This document shows positions 1 to 9,278 of a stretch of DNA of 64,000 nt, piece by piece. The translations under genes were made by a program, and so were the position numbers. The stretch lies in NCBI GenBank assembly GCA_963748015.1, contig CAVVHE010000008.1, positions 576,001-640,000 of the forward strand, read 5' to 3'. Within the stretch, counting starts at the first letter, position 1; every line of letters starts with the position of its first letter. The stretch is from Terriglobia bacterium. Lineage in GTDB: Bacteria > Acidobacteriota > Polarisedimenticolia > Polarisedimenticolales > JAIQFR01. The notes beneath the pieces were generated by a model. It was not told the DNA's origin and did not search any database. It was given only the letters and a program-made list of their open reading frames with translations.

Positions 1-457
1 GCTCCTATGGCGCCGATCTCGGGTTCCGGCCGCCAACCCGATCCGACGGGTCGGTCACGCGTGCCTCAGCGCGTCATCGGCCTTGGCACGTCATACTTTC
101 GTTTCTGTACGAGAGGATGCCGACCAGAACCTACGAATAAATTAAACGAAGGCCGGATTCTTGTCAATCCGCTCGCGGCAAACCCGGAAGACCGCCGACC
201 TTCCCGCCGCGTCCCTCGATCAACCCGTCGGGCGGGAACCCGGCCGCTCCTCGCCGAGGGCTGCCTTCCCGGCCACCCGAGGGGAAGCTTGACAACGGAG
301 GACCGGGGTGCGATAAAAGAGGAGTGGAATCGTCCACAATTGAACCGGAGCACACCGGCCGGGCGCTGGCGGTAGCGGCGAGAAGCCGCACTTCGACCAG
401 GCCATCCCGGTGCAGTCACAACTTGCGGGGGCCGTTCCCCCGCATCGGAGGAGCAGC

Positions 458-865
458 ATGAGTCGGCGGTTTCTCACCGTTTTCGTAGTCACCTTCATCG
501 CGATCCTGGCCACCTCGCTACCTTCCCACGCGCAGAGCTCGAACGGCGCGATCTCCTCGAAGATCCCGTTCGACTTCATGGTGGGCGACAAGACTTACCC
601 CGCTGGCGAGTACCGGTTCGTGCACCAGCCTCGCGCCGTCCCCGCCTTGCAGATCCAGAGCATCGACGGCAAACTCCACTCGGGCTTGACCGTGGTCACG
701 CGGCTCGCCAGGCAGCACGAGAGCGATGCCCCCAAGGCGAGCTTCGTCTTCGACACGGTCGGCGAGAAGCACTACCTGTCGGAAATCTGGATGCCCGGCC
801 AGGACGGTTACCTCCTGCGCGCGGCGACCGACGATCACAAGCACGACGTGGTGGAAGTGAAGTAG
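458..865 (+). CDS. Secreted hypothetical protein
   Basis: GGAGGAG RBS before ATG 458; N-terminal signal peptide ending SHA|Q; IPFDFMVG..PAGEY beta-rich body. Confidence 0.8.
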   Translation: MSRRFLTVFVVTFIAILATSLPSHAQSSNGAISSKIPFDFMVGDKTYPAGEYRFVHQPRAVPALQIQSIDGKLHSGLTVVTRLARQHESDAPKASFVFDTVGEKHYLSEIWMPGQDGYLLRAATDDHKHDVVEVK

Positions 866-930
866 AGCGCGGCTGGCCGGAGCCCCACTCCGCCTCGCGC
901 GGTCCCCAAGAACACACACGCTCGACATTG

Positions 931-978
931 GAGCCGGGGAAGGCCTCTTTTCGGGAGGCCGCCCCGGCTCTTTCTATT
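931..978 (+). terminator. Probable intrinsic terminator
   Basis: GAGCCGGGG..GGCCTC loop GAGGCC..CCCCGGCTC hairpin followed by TTTCTATT. Confidence 0.5.
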
Positions 979-999
979 CCTGAGAGGGGTGATTTCGCC

Positions 1000-1040
1000 T
1001 TGACGCGTCCGCGGGCGGTTGCTATACCTACCGGTAAGTA
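1000..1040 (+). promoter_or_regulatory. Sigma70-type promoter overlapped by a TetR-type operator
   Basis: TTGACG-N17-TATACC with extended TG; imperfect palindrome TACCTACCGGTAAGTA at 1025-1040, upstream of a TetR gene. Confidence 0.6.
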
Positions 1041-1080
1041 AGCGAGCGCGGGGGTTGGGTCCGTGCCCGCGTGATGCGAG

Positions 1081-1707
1081 GTGGGCGAGATGTCGGCAGC
1101 CGAGCCAGGACCTCCCGAAACGACGGAACGGGGAGTTCGCGAGCGGCTGCACGCCGCGGCGGCCGAGGTGTTCGCGCGCAAGGGCTACGCCACCACGACC
1201 GTCAACGACATCGTGAGGAGGGCGGGGGTCACCAAGCCCGTCCTCTACTACCACTACGGCAGCAAGGAAGGGATGTACAAGGCGTTTCTCGAGAGCGCGC
1301 TCAGCGACCTCGAGGAACGGGTCGGGGCGGTCGAGACGCTGAGGGGATCCGCGGCGCTGCGCCTGAGCCGTCTGTGCGGGGAGATCTACGCGATCTTCCG
1401 CAGGCACACCGACGCGGTCCGGGTGATGCACGCCATCTACTACGGCCCGCCGCAGGGGGCGCCCTTCTTCGACTTCGACCGCGCGCTGTTCCGCGTCGAG
1501 GACAGCGTCAGGAAGATCGTGCGGCAGGGGCTCGAGGCGGGCGAGTTCGAGGGCGACGACGCGGCGATGACGCGGGCCGTCCTGGGCGTCTGCAACGAGT
1601 GCATCGACATCGAGCTCGCGCATCCCGAGAAGGCGGTAGGCGAGGCGGGGCTCCTCGAGAGTCTCGACGTGGTCCTCAGGGGAATGAAGAGGGAAGGCGG
1701 ACGATGA
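1081..1707 (+). CDS. TetR/AcrR family regulator
   Basis: HTH: AAAEVFARKGYATTTVNDIVRRAGVTKPVLYYHY; start may be ATG 1090. Confidence 0.93.
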   Translation: MGEMSAAEPGPPETTERGVRERLHAAAAEVFARKGYATTTVNDIVRRAGVTKPVLYYHYGSKEGMYKAFLESALSDLEERVGAVETLRGSAALRLSRLCGEIYAIFRRHTDAVRVMHAIYYGPPQGAPFFDFDRALFRVEDSVRKIVRQGLEAGEFEGDDAAMTRAVLGVCNECIDIELAHPEKAVGEAGLLESLDVVLRGMKREGGR

Positions 1708-2804
1708 ACACGAGAACGAGAGTCGCGGGTGCCGGTCTCCTCCTCGTCGCGGCGGTCCTCGCCGCGGCGTGCGCGTCGCAGGCGGACAACCCCACGGGCG
1801 GCCGGCCCCCGGTCGCGGTCGAGACGGCGGCTGCCGCCGCCGGCACGATCGTCGAGAGCGTGGACGTGGTCGGCTCGCTGTCGCCGAAGTTCGAGGCGCA
1901 GGTCCACGCCGAGTACGCCGGGACCGTGGCGGAGATCTACGTCACCGAGTGGGTCCCCGTGAAGAAGGGGACGCCGCTCGCCCGTCTCGACACCCGGGAG
2001 TGGGGCGCGACGCTATTGGCCGCGAAGGCCGCCGCCGAGCAGGCGGAAGCCGCCGCGCGCCGCGCCGACCGGGAATACGAGCGAGCCCTGAAATTGAAGG
2101 AAGCCGGGCTGATGACCCAGCAGGGGCTCGACGACGCGCTGTCCGCGCGCGACGCCGCGCGCCCCGCGGCCGCGGCGGCGCTCGCGCAGGTCGAGGTGGC
2201 CGAGACGCGCCTCGCGAAGGCGGTCATCCGGGCGCCGCTCGACGGAATCGTCGCCGCGCGCGGCGTCAGCGTGGGCGACTTCGCGGACAAGGCCCCCCTG
2301 TTTCACGTCGTGGACAACCGCCTGCTCGACCTGACGGTCACGGTGCCGTCGGGGAAGATCCGTGGTGTCGCGGTCGGGCAGAAGCTCGTCTTCTCGACGG
2401 ACGCCGTCCCCGGGCGCGAGTTCGACGGGACCGTCGCGTTCGTCAACCCGGTCGCCGACCCCGGCAGCCGCGCGGTCCGGATCCTCGCCGAGGTTCCGAA
2501 CCCCGGAGGCGAGCTGAAGTCGGGGCTGTTCGTCAAGGGCAGGATCCTCACAGGGAACCGCGCCGGAGTGGTCCAGGTACCGAGATCGGCGCTCGTGTCC
2601 TGGGACGTCGTGTCCAGGAAAGCCGAGGTGTTCGTGGTGAACGGCGACGTGGCGAGGCGCAAGAGCGTGACCACCGGCGCTTCGGCGGGGGACGCCGTCG
2701 AGATCGCGTCGGGCCTGGCTCCGGGGGACGTCGTCGTCGTCCGGGGGGCCTTCAACCTCAGGGACGGCGACCGCGTGGCGGTGCCCGCGGCGACGGGGGC
2801 CTGA
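1704..2804 (+). CDS. RND efflux periplasmic adaptor (MFP), lipoprotein
   Basis: ATGA overlap with TetR stop; lipobox LAAAC; lipoyl halves (VKKGTPLARLD / IRAPLDGIV) and a coiled hairpin. Confidence 0.93.
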   Translation: MNTRTRVAGAGLLLVAAVLAAACASQADNPTGGRPPVAVETAAAAAGTIVESVDVVGSLSPKFEAQVHAEYAGTVAEIYVTEWVPVKKGTPLARLDTREWGATLLAAKAAAEQAEAAARRADREYERALKLKEAGLMTQQGLDDALSARDAARPAAAAALAQVEVAETRLAKAVIRAPLDGIVAARGVSVGDFADKAPLFHVVDNRLLDLTVTVPSGKIRGVAVGQKLVFSTDAVPGREFDGTVAFVNPVADPGSRAVRILAEVPNPGGELKSGLFVKGRILTGNRAGVVQVPRSALVSWDVVSRKAEVFVVNGDVARRKSVTTGASAGDAVEIASGLAPGDVVVVRGAFNLRDGDRVAVPAATGA

Positions 2805-2807
2805 GCC

Positions 2808-5800
2808 GTGTTCCTCTCCAACCTGTCCATCAAGCGGCCGGTCTTCGCGACCGTCCTCATGCTCGCCCTCGTGACCCTCGGCCTGTTCTCCTACCGCCGC
2901 CTCGCGATCGACCTGATGCCGGACGTCGAGATCCCCGTGCTCTCGATCGTCACCGAGTACCCGGGCGCCTCCCCCGAAGCGGTGGAGCGGGAGGTGACGA
3001 AGCCGATCGAGGAAGCGGTCAACCCGATCTCGGGCGTCAAGCACGTCTCCTCGATCTCGCGCGAGGGGCTCTCGAGCGTCGTCGTGGAGTTCGAGCTCGA
3101 GGTCAAGATCAACGAGGCGTCGCAGGATGCGCGGGCCAAGATCAACTCCGTCCGCAACGAGCTCCCCGACACGATGAAGGAGCCGGTGATCCAGAAGCTG
3201 GACTTCGGCGCCTTCCCGATCGTCTCCCTCGCCGTGCGCTCCACGAGCCTGTCCCCCCGGGACCTCACGACGCTCGCCGACCGCAAGATCAAGCGGCGCC
3301 TCGAGAACATCTCCGGGATCGGGAAGGTGAAGCTGGTCGGCTCGTCCAAGCGCGAGGTCAACGTCAACGTGGACCCGGCGCGGATCGAGGCGATGGGAAT
3401 GGGGGTGGACGAGGTCGTCGCGGGCCTCCGCTCCGAGAACGTCAACACGCCGCTCGGGCGCCTGAACCGGAGCGACACCGAAATGCCGCTGCGCATCGCG
3501 GGGAAGCCGGGGGACGTGTCGGGGTTCGAGTCGATGGTGATCGCGCGCCGCGGCGGTCACCCGGTCACATTGGGCGAGGTCGCCGACGTGGTGGACGGCG
3601 TCGAGGAAGAGCGCTCCTTGGCACTCGTCAACGGGGTGCCGGCGGTCGCGCTCAACATCCTCAAGCAGAGCAAGGCCAACGTCGTCGAGGTGGTGGACGA
3701 GGTCAAGGCCACGATCGAGAAGCTCGAGGAGGAGCTGCCCCCCGGCACCGAGATCAGCGTCGTCCGGGACAGCTCGATCTTCATCCGCGAGTCGGTGGAG
3801 GACGTCCAGACCACGCTCCTGATCGGCGGCCTGCTCACCGTGCTGATCGTCTTCTGCTTCCTGAACTCGTGGCGCTCCACCGTGATCACCGGGCTCACGC
3901 TCCCGATCTCGGTCATCTCGTCGTTCATCGCGATGTACTTCTTCGGCATGACGATGAACACCCTCTCCCTCATGGCGCTGTCGCTCGCCATCGGGCTCCT
4001 GATCGACGACGCCATCGTGGTGCGGGAGAACATCGTCCGGCACCTCGAGCGGGGGGAGGACCACTTCCAGGCGGCGCGCGAGGGGACGTCCGAGATCGGC
4101 CTCGCGGTGCTCGCCACGACCATGTCCATCGTGGCGGTGTTCGTCCCGGTGGCGTTCATGAAGGGGGTCGTCGGCCGGTTCTTCTTCCAGTTCGGGATCA
4201 CGGTGACGTTCGCGGTGCTGGTGTCGCTCTTCGTTTCGTTCACCCTCGATCCGATGCTCTCGTCGCGATGGTTCGATCCCGCCATCGCGGGCAAGGGGAG
4301 GCGCCTGCCCCTGGCGCGCCTACTCGAGCGGTTCAACGACGCCTTCGACCGCACCGCGGACCGGTACAAGACGGTGATCGCATGGGCGCTCGACCACCGG
4401 AAGACGGTGGTCGCCGGCGCGACGCTCGCGTTCGTCGCCGGACTGGGTTTCTTCGCGACGCTGCAGTCGGAGTTCTTCCCCGCTTTCGACCGCGGGGAGT
4501 TCAACGTGCGCTTCAAGACGGCCCCGGGCGCCTCCATCGAGGAGTCCAAGGGCCGGCTCGCGGCGATCCTCGGGGTGCTCGAGGGCTACCCCGAGATCGA
4601 GCACACCTACGGCACGATAGCGGCCGGCGACTCGGACACGGTGCGCGACGGTCTCGTCTACGTGAAGCTCAAGGACCGCTCGGAGCGAAAGAGGAAGCAA
4701 GGGGCGATCGTGTCCGAGGTGCGCGGGCAGCTCGAGCGGATCCCGGGACTCACGCTGTCGGTCGAGGACGATCCCGACCAGATGCAGAAACAGCTCCAGG
4801 TCCTCGTCCGCGGCGACGAGATCCCGCGCCTGAAGGAGTACGCCGCCGCGCTGAAGATCGAGATGTACAAGATCCCGGGGATGAAGGACCTCGAGGCCAC
4901 GATGGAGCAGGACCTTCCGGAGTACCGGCTCGCGGTGAACCGCGAGCGCGCCTCGGAGGCGGGGCTGAGCACCGACAGCCTCGTGCGGACGCTCGGCGTG
5001 CTCGTGGGCGGGCAGGCGGTCTCGACCTACGAGGACGAGGACGGCGAGGCGGTGGACGTGCGCGTCCGGCTTCCGGGCGACCTGCGGCAGGACGTGACGC
5101 AGGTCGCGAACCTGCGGGTGGCCGTGCAGGTCCCCGGGAAGCCCTCCGTCCTGATGCCGATCTCCGACCTGGTCGCGGTGCAGCGGACCGTGTCGGCGTC
5201 GGAGATCAACCGGCGAGACCTCGCGCGGCAGGCGGTCGTCTCCGCCAACCTCGAGGACCTCCCCCTCGGCACGGCCGGGAGCGAGGCGATGAAGGCCGCG
5301 GCGAAGATTCCGATGGCCCCCGGCTACCGGGTCGCTCTCGCGGGAGACACCGAGATGATGGTCGAGTCGTTCACCTACCTCGGCGAGGCGCTGCTGCTCG
5401 CGATCCTCTTCGTGTACCTGATCCTCGCGGCGCAGTTCGAGTCGTTCATGGACCCGCTCGCGATCATGCTTTCGCTCCCGCTGTCGATCGTGGGAATGGC
5501 CGGCATGCTCTTCCTCACGCGGGACACGGTGAACATCATGTCGCTGATCGGCCTCATCATGCTGATGGGGCTCGTCACCAAGAACGCGATCCTCCTCGTG
5601 GATTTCGCGAAGGTGCTCAGGAAGGGCGGGCTCGACCGGCGGGAGGCCGTGATCACGGCGGGCCGCACGAGGCTGCGCCCGATCATGATGACGACCCTCG
5701 CCATGATCTTCGGCATGCTCCCCTTGGCGCTCGGGATCGGCGCCGGGGCCGAGTGGCGCGCTCCCATGGCCCGCGCGGTCGTCGGCGGGCTCATCACCTC

Positions 5801-7211
5801 GACGCTGCTGACGCTTCTCGTCGTGCCCGTCGTCTACACCCTCCTCGACGACCTGGCCGGCTGGATTCGGAAGCGGTGGAGCGGGAAGGCCGCGGCGGCG
5901 TCGGCGCTCGCCGCCGTCCTCGCCGTGGGGACGGGGGTAGCACTCGCGGAGGGGCCTGCGCCGCGGTCCCTGACCCTCGACGAGGCGGTGGCGATCGCTC
6001 TCGAGCAGAACCACGACGTGAAGAAAGCGCACGAGAACCGGAACTGGATCGAGGGAAAATACCTCGAGGAGCGGGCGGCGGCGTTCCCGCAATTGACGAT
6101 CGCGGCCGCGGGGGAGCGTCTCCACGACGAGAGCCAGCGCGCGCTGTTCGGCGCGGAGTTCGGCGGGGACTTCGTCCAGATGTTCCCGGTCGAGCAGGAC
6201 ATCCGGTCGGCGGAGCTCAAGGTCAACCAGCTGCTGTTCACCTGGGGGAAGGTGGGCTCCGCCATCCGCGCCGCGAAGGTCGGGTTCGAGATGTCCGAGG
6301 ACGAGATTCGCCGCGCGCGGCAGGCCGCCCAGCGCGACGCGTCGGCCGCGTTCTACGACGTCCTGCTGGCGAAGGAGCTCTACGCGATCGCGCAGCAGAA
6401 TCTCGAACAGAAGAGCCGGCACCTGGCCGAGGCGCGCCGCAAGCTCGCCCTCGGCACCGCGACCGACTTCGACGTCCTCGCCGCCGAGGTCGCGGTGCAG
6501 AACGCCGTTCCCGAGACGATCCGCACCGAAAACGCGATCCGGGTGACCCAGGACCGGCTCCGGTTCGTGCTGGCACTCGAGGAGGAGGTGGACGCGACCG
6601 GCACGCTCGACGCGCCGCGCGCGCCGGTCCCGTCCTTCGAGGCGGCGCTGGCCGAGGCGATCGTGAATCGTCCGGATCTGCAGCAGCTCGTCCACAAGGG
6701 CACGGCGCAGGAGGCGATCGTGACGATCGCCAAGGCCGGGGACAAGCCCAAGCTCGACTTCCGCGGATCCATGGGCAGGAAGGACTACTACCTTTCGAAC
6801 GTGAGCGCCGGCGGGACGGTCTGGAACGCCGGGATCTACCTGACGTTCCCGTTCTTCGACGGGCTCAGGACCCGCGGCCAGGTCATGCAGGCGCGGAGCG
6901 ACCTCGCAGCCACCGAGATCGAGCAGCGCAAGACGCGCGACGCGATCGCGCTCGAGGTCCGGACCGCGCTCGATTCCGCGATGGTGACCGAGAAGATCGT
7001 GGAGGCGCTCGCCGGCACGGTGACCCAGGCCGAGCGCCTCGTGTCCATGGCGGAGAAGGGGTTCGACCTGGGCGTCAAGACCCGTCTCGAGGTCGACGAC
7101 GCGCAGCTCAACCTCAGATCCGCCCGCGGAAGCCTCGCCCTCGCCCGCCGCGGGTATCTCGTCGCGCGGGTCAACCTCGAGTTCGTCATGGGAGTGCTCG
7201 GGGAGCCGTAG
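2808..7211 (+). CDS. AcrB/AcrD/AcrF-family RND permease fused to a C-terminal TolC-family outer-membrane factor
   Basis: Residues 1-~1020 have RND motifs (SIKRPVFA, IGLLIDDAIVVRENI, RLRPIMMT); the last ~420 aa begin LTLDEAVAIALEQN and carry OEP-like repeats; one uninterrupted 1467-aa ORF. Confidence 0.92.
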   Translation: MFLSNLSIKRPVFATVLMLALVTLGLFSYRRLAIDLMPDVEIPVLSIVTEYPGASPEAVEREVTKPIEEAVNPISGVKHVSSISREGLSSVVVEFELEVKINEASQDARAKINSVRNELPDTMKEPVIQKLDFGAFPIVSLAVRSTSLSPRDLTTLADRKIKRRLENISGIGKVKLVGSSKREVNVNVDPARIEAMGMGVDEVVAGLRSENVNTPLGRLNRSDTEMPLRIAGKPGDVSGFESMVIARRGGHPVTLGEVADVVDGVEEERSLALVNGVPAVALNILKQSKANVVEVVDEVKATIEKLEEELPPGTEISVVRDSSIFIRESVEDVQTTLLIGGLLTVLIVFCFLNSWRSTVITGLTLPISVISSFIAMYFFGMTMNTLSLMALSLAIGLLIDDAIVVRENIVRHLERGEDHFQAAREGTSEIGLAVLATTMSIVAVFVPVAFMKGVVGRFFFQFGITVTFAVLVSLFVSFTLDPMLSSRWFDPAIAGKGRRLPLARLLERFNDAFDRTADRYKTVIAWALDHRKTVVAGATLAFVAGLGFFATLQSEFFPAFDRGEFNVRFKTAPGASIEESKGRLAAILGVLEGYPEIEHTYGTIAAGDSDTVRDGLVYVKLKDRSERKRKQGAIVSEVRGQLERIPGLTLSVEDDPDQMQKQLQVLVRGDEIPRLKEYAAALKIEMYKIPGMKDLEATMEQDLPEYRLAVNRERASEAGLSTDSLVRTLGVLVGGQAVSTYEDEDGEAVDVRVRLPGDLRQDVTQVANLRVAVQVPGKPSVLMPISDLVAVQRTVSASEINRRDLARQAVVSANLEDLPLGTAGSEAMKAAAKIPMAPGYRVALAGDTEMMVESFTYLGEALLLAILFVYLILAAQFESFMDPLAIMLSLPLSIVGMAGMLFLTRDTVNIMSLIGLIMLMGLVTKNAILLVDFAKVLRKGGLDRREAVITAGRTRLRPIMMTTLAMIFGMLPLALGIGAGAEWRAPMARAVVGGLITSTLLTLLVVPVVYTLLDDLAGWIRKRWSGKAAAASALAAVLAVGTGVALAEGPAPRSLTLDEAVAIALEQNHDVKKAHENRNWIEGKYLEERAAAFPQLTIAAAGERLHDESQRALFGAEFGGDFVQMFPVEQDIRSAELKVNQLLFTWGKVGSAIRAAKVGFEMSEDEIRRARQAAQRDASAAFYDVLLAKELYAIAQQNLEQKSRHLAEARRKLALGTATDFDVLAAEVAVQNAVPETIRTENAIRVTQDRLRFVLALEEEVDATGTLDAPRAPVPSFEAALAEAIVNRPDLQQLVHKGTAQEAIVTIAKAGDKPKLDFRGSMGRKDYYLSNVSAGGTVWNAGIYLTFPFFDGLRTRGQVMQARSDLAATEIEQRKTRDAIALEVRTALDSAMVTEKIVEALAGTVTQAERLVSMAEKGFDLGVKTRLEVDDAQLNLRSARGSLALARRGYLVARVNLEFVMGVLGEP

Positions 7212-7412
7212 CGGGACCGCACGCCTCGGTCACGTCCACCCGAGGCGCCGCGGATTCGGCGGCACCTCGGACCGGGTCGGGAGTCGACGCTCCGCGACGA
7301 ACTCCGAGAGGAGCTCCAGGATCTGCCTCCCGACCGGGAGGAGCGTGCTGCGGCCGACCCGCGCGGCGCGGCTTCTCCTCTCCCGGCGGGACGGGGCGCC
7401 CACCCCGCGGCC

Positions 7413-7430
7413 CTTGACGAATTCTTGATG
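7413..7430 (+). promoter_or_regulatory. Candidate KdpE (OmpR-type) binding direct repeat
   Basis: CTTGACG-aatt-CTTGATG with 11-bp period upstream of the porin-kdp operon; -10-like TATAAC at 7473-7478. Confidence 0.45.
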
Positions 7431-7587
7431 TCCGGCCACCCGATCCTAACCCAACGATGACGCTCCGCGCGCTATAACCAACGGTGCGGCCGGAGGAGGC
7501 ACGCAACGATTCCGCGGACAACCGGATGCGGCGGCTTCGCAGCTCGGCATCACGGACACAAGCACCTTCGGTCGAGGGAGTGAAAAC

Positions 7588-9049
7588 GTGCTTCGCAACG
7601 GAACATCGCGGCGGGGTCGAAGCCGGACGACCCTTTCCGGAATCGGCCTCGCGGGTTCCGCCGCGCGCGCGGCATTCGTCGCCGCCGTCCTGCTCGGCGC
7701 CGCCGTCGCCGGCTTCGCGAGTCGCGAGGCCCGCGCGGGGTCGGCGGACGCGCAACCGGCCGCGAACGGGAGCGCCGGGAGCCCCGAGGGGACGAGCGCC
7801 GTCACCCCGCCCCCGGAGCCCTTCGCGTTCGCGGATTTCTCGTGGGTGCCCGGAGGCGCGGGGGCCAGCGAGAAGCCGCTCAAGCTAGGGCCGTTCACCG
7901 GGGAGTTCAGGCTCGACACGGTCTACCACTACAGCTTCAACCATCCGAAGGACGACACGATCGGTGGCTCGAGCGAGGTGTTCCGGCACGGCGAGTTCCA
8001 GGTCACCCAGATCGGCTTCGGAGGCGACTTCCTGTACAAGAACGTCCAGGCCCGGCTCATGACCCAGTTCGGGATGTACTCGGTGACGACACCGCGCAAC
8101 GACGCGAGCCCCGGGCGCGGCCAGTGGCAGCTCGACAACGCGTACCGGTACATCTCCGAGGCGTACGGCGGGTACCACATCGACGCGATGAACGGCATCA
8201 ACATCCAGGCCGGCATCTTCATGTCGTACGTCGGCCTCTGGAGCTACTACAACTTCGACAACTGGACCTACCAGCCGTCCTACGTGTCGTCGAACACGCC
8301 GTGGTTCTTCAACGGCGTGCGCGTCCAGATCTTCCCGACCGACAAGCTCAAGATCGAGCCGTGGCTCATCAACGGCTGGCAGTCGTACGGCCGGTTCAAC
8401 AACAGTCCCGGCGGCGGGGTGCAGGTCCTCTGGCGGCCGAACGGCCGGCTGGCGATCCTGGGCAACCAGTACTACGGGACGGACACCCTCGGCAATACGA
8501 ACCGTGCCCGCATCCACACGGACGACAGCGTCATGTGGAAGTACCACGAAGCCCCGGGCGGCCGGATCAGCAAGGCGGCGGCCTCGCTCACGCTCGACGC
8601 GGGCTGCGAGCGCGGCGGGGGCGTGAGCTGCGGCTCGCAGTATTTTCTCGGCTTCATGGTCTACAACCGGCTCTGGTTCGACCGGGACCGCTTCGGCCTG
8701 ACCATCGGCGGCGGCGCGATCAACAACCCGGGCCGCTACCTCGTCCTGGTACCGCCGATCAACGGCGCCACCGCGTTCTACCGGAACGCCTTACTTCACC
8801 GCCAACCCCGGCGACTCGTTCCGGGCGTGGGACGCGCAGCTGACGTTCGACTACATGCCGCAGCCGTTCGTCGTCTTCCGCCTCGAGTTCAACCACCGGG
8901 CGGCCGACGTTCCGTACTTCTCCGGAGCCGGGGGCGTGACCCCCGAGGGCGGCAACACGGGCGACCCCAGGACGGAGGTCGATGGCTTCACCCCGGATCT
9001 CGTCAAGGCGGAGGACCGGCTCACGTTCGCCCTGATGGTGAAATACTGA
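7588..9049 (+). CDS. Outer-membrane beta-barrel/porin associated with kdp (one frameshift near 8780)
   Basis: Signal-like N-terminus and aromatic-rich beta strands; coding continues in another frame after ~8780 and ends ...LTFALMVKY (terminal aromatic residue). Confidence 0.8.
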
Positions 9050-9084
9050 CGCTCCCGGCGGTGCCGGCGCGAGGGGAAATCCCG

Positions 9085-9183
9085 ATGCTCGACCTGCTCT
9101 GCATCGCGATGATCTTGGCGTTCTTCGCCGTAAGCGTTGTCTTGACGCGAGGCTGCGAGAGACTCGAGCAGGAGGAGGCGTAG
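9085..9183 (+). CDS. Small hydrophobic kdp-associated peptide (32 aa)
   Basis: GAGGGG RBS; MLDLLCIAMILAFFAVSVVLTRGCERLEQEEA, a single TM directly before kdpF. Confidence 0.7.
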   Translation: MLDLLCIAMILAFFAVSVVLTRGCERLEQEEA

Positions 9184-9184
9184 T

Positions 9185-9271
9185 ATGGGCGACTACCTCT
9201 GGACGGGGTTCGTGGCCCTGCTCCTCCTTTTCTACCTGGTCTACGTGCTGCTGAAGCCCCAGAAGTTCTGA
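9185..9271 (+). CDS. kdpF: K+-transporting ATPase subunit F
   Basis: MGDYLWTGFVALLLLFYLVYVLLKPQKF matches the KdpF YLxYxLxxPExF signature; GGAGGAGG RBS. Confidence 0.88.
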   Translation: MGDYLWTGFVALLLLFYLVYVLLKPQKF

Positions 9272-9278
9272 GGACGCC

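Noticed and set aside
1..457. Possible riboswitch in the long intergenic region
   Set aside because: Hairpins are present, but I could not match any consensus (c-di-GMP, ZTP, etc.)
1769..7417. Very long alternative-frame ORFs (1882 aa here; likewise the 5' part of 28284-32972 and 14063-16681)
   Set aside because: Arg/Gly/Pro-rich shadow frames of high-GC genes with no motifs; the real genes occupy other frames
7212..7587. c-di-AMP (ydaO) riboswitch upstream of kdp
   Set aside because: Conserved ydaO motifs were not recognisable; a KdpE-type repeat explains the regulation more simply
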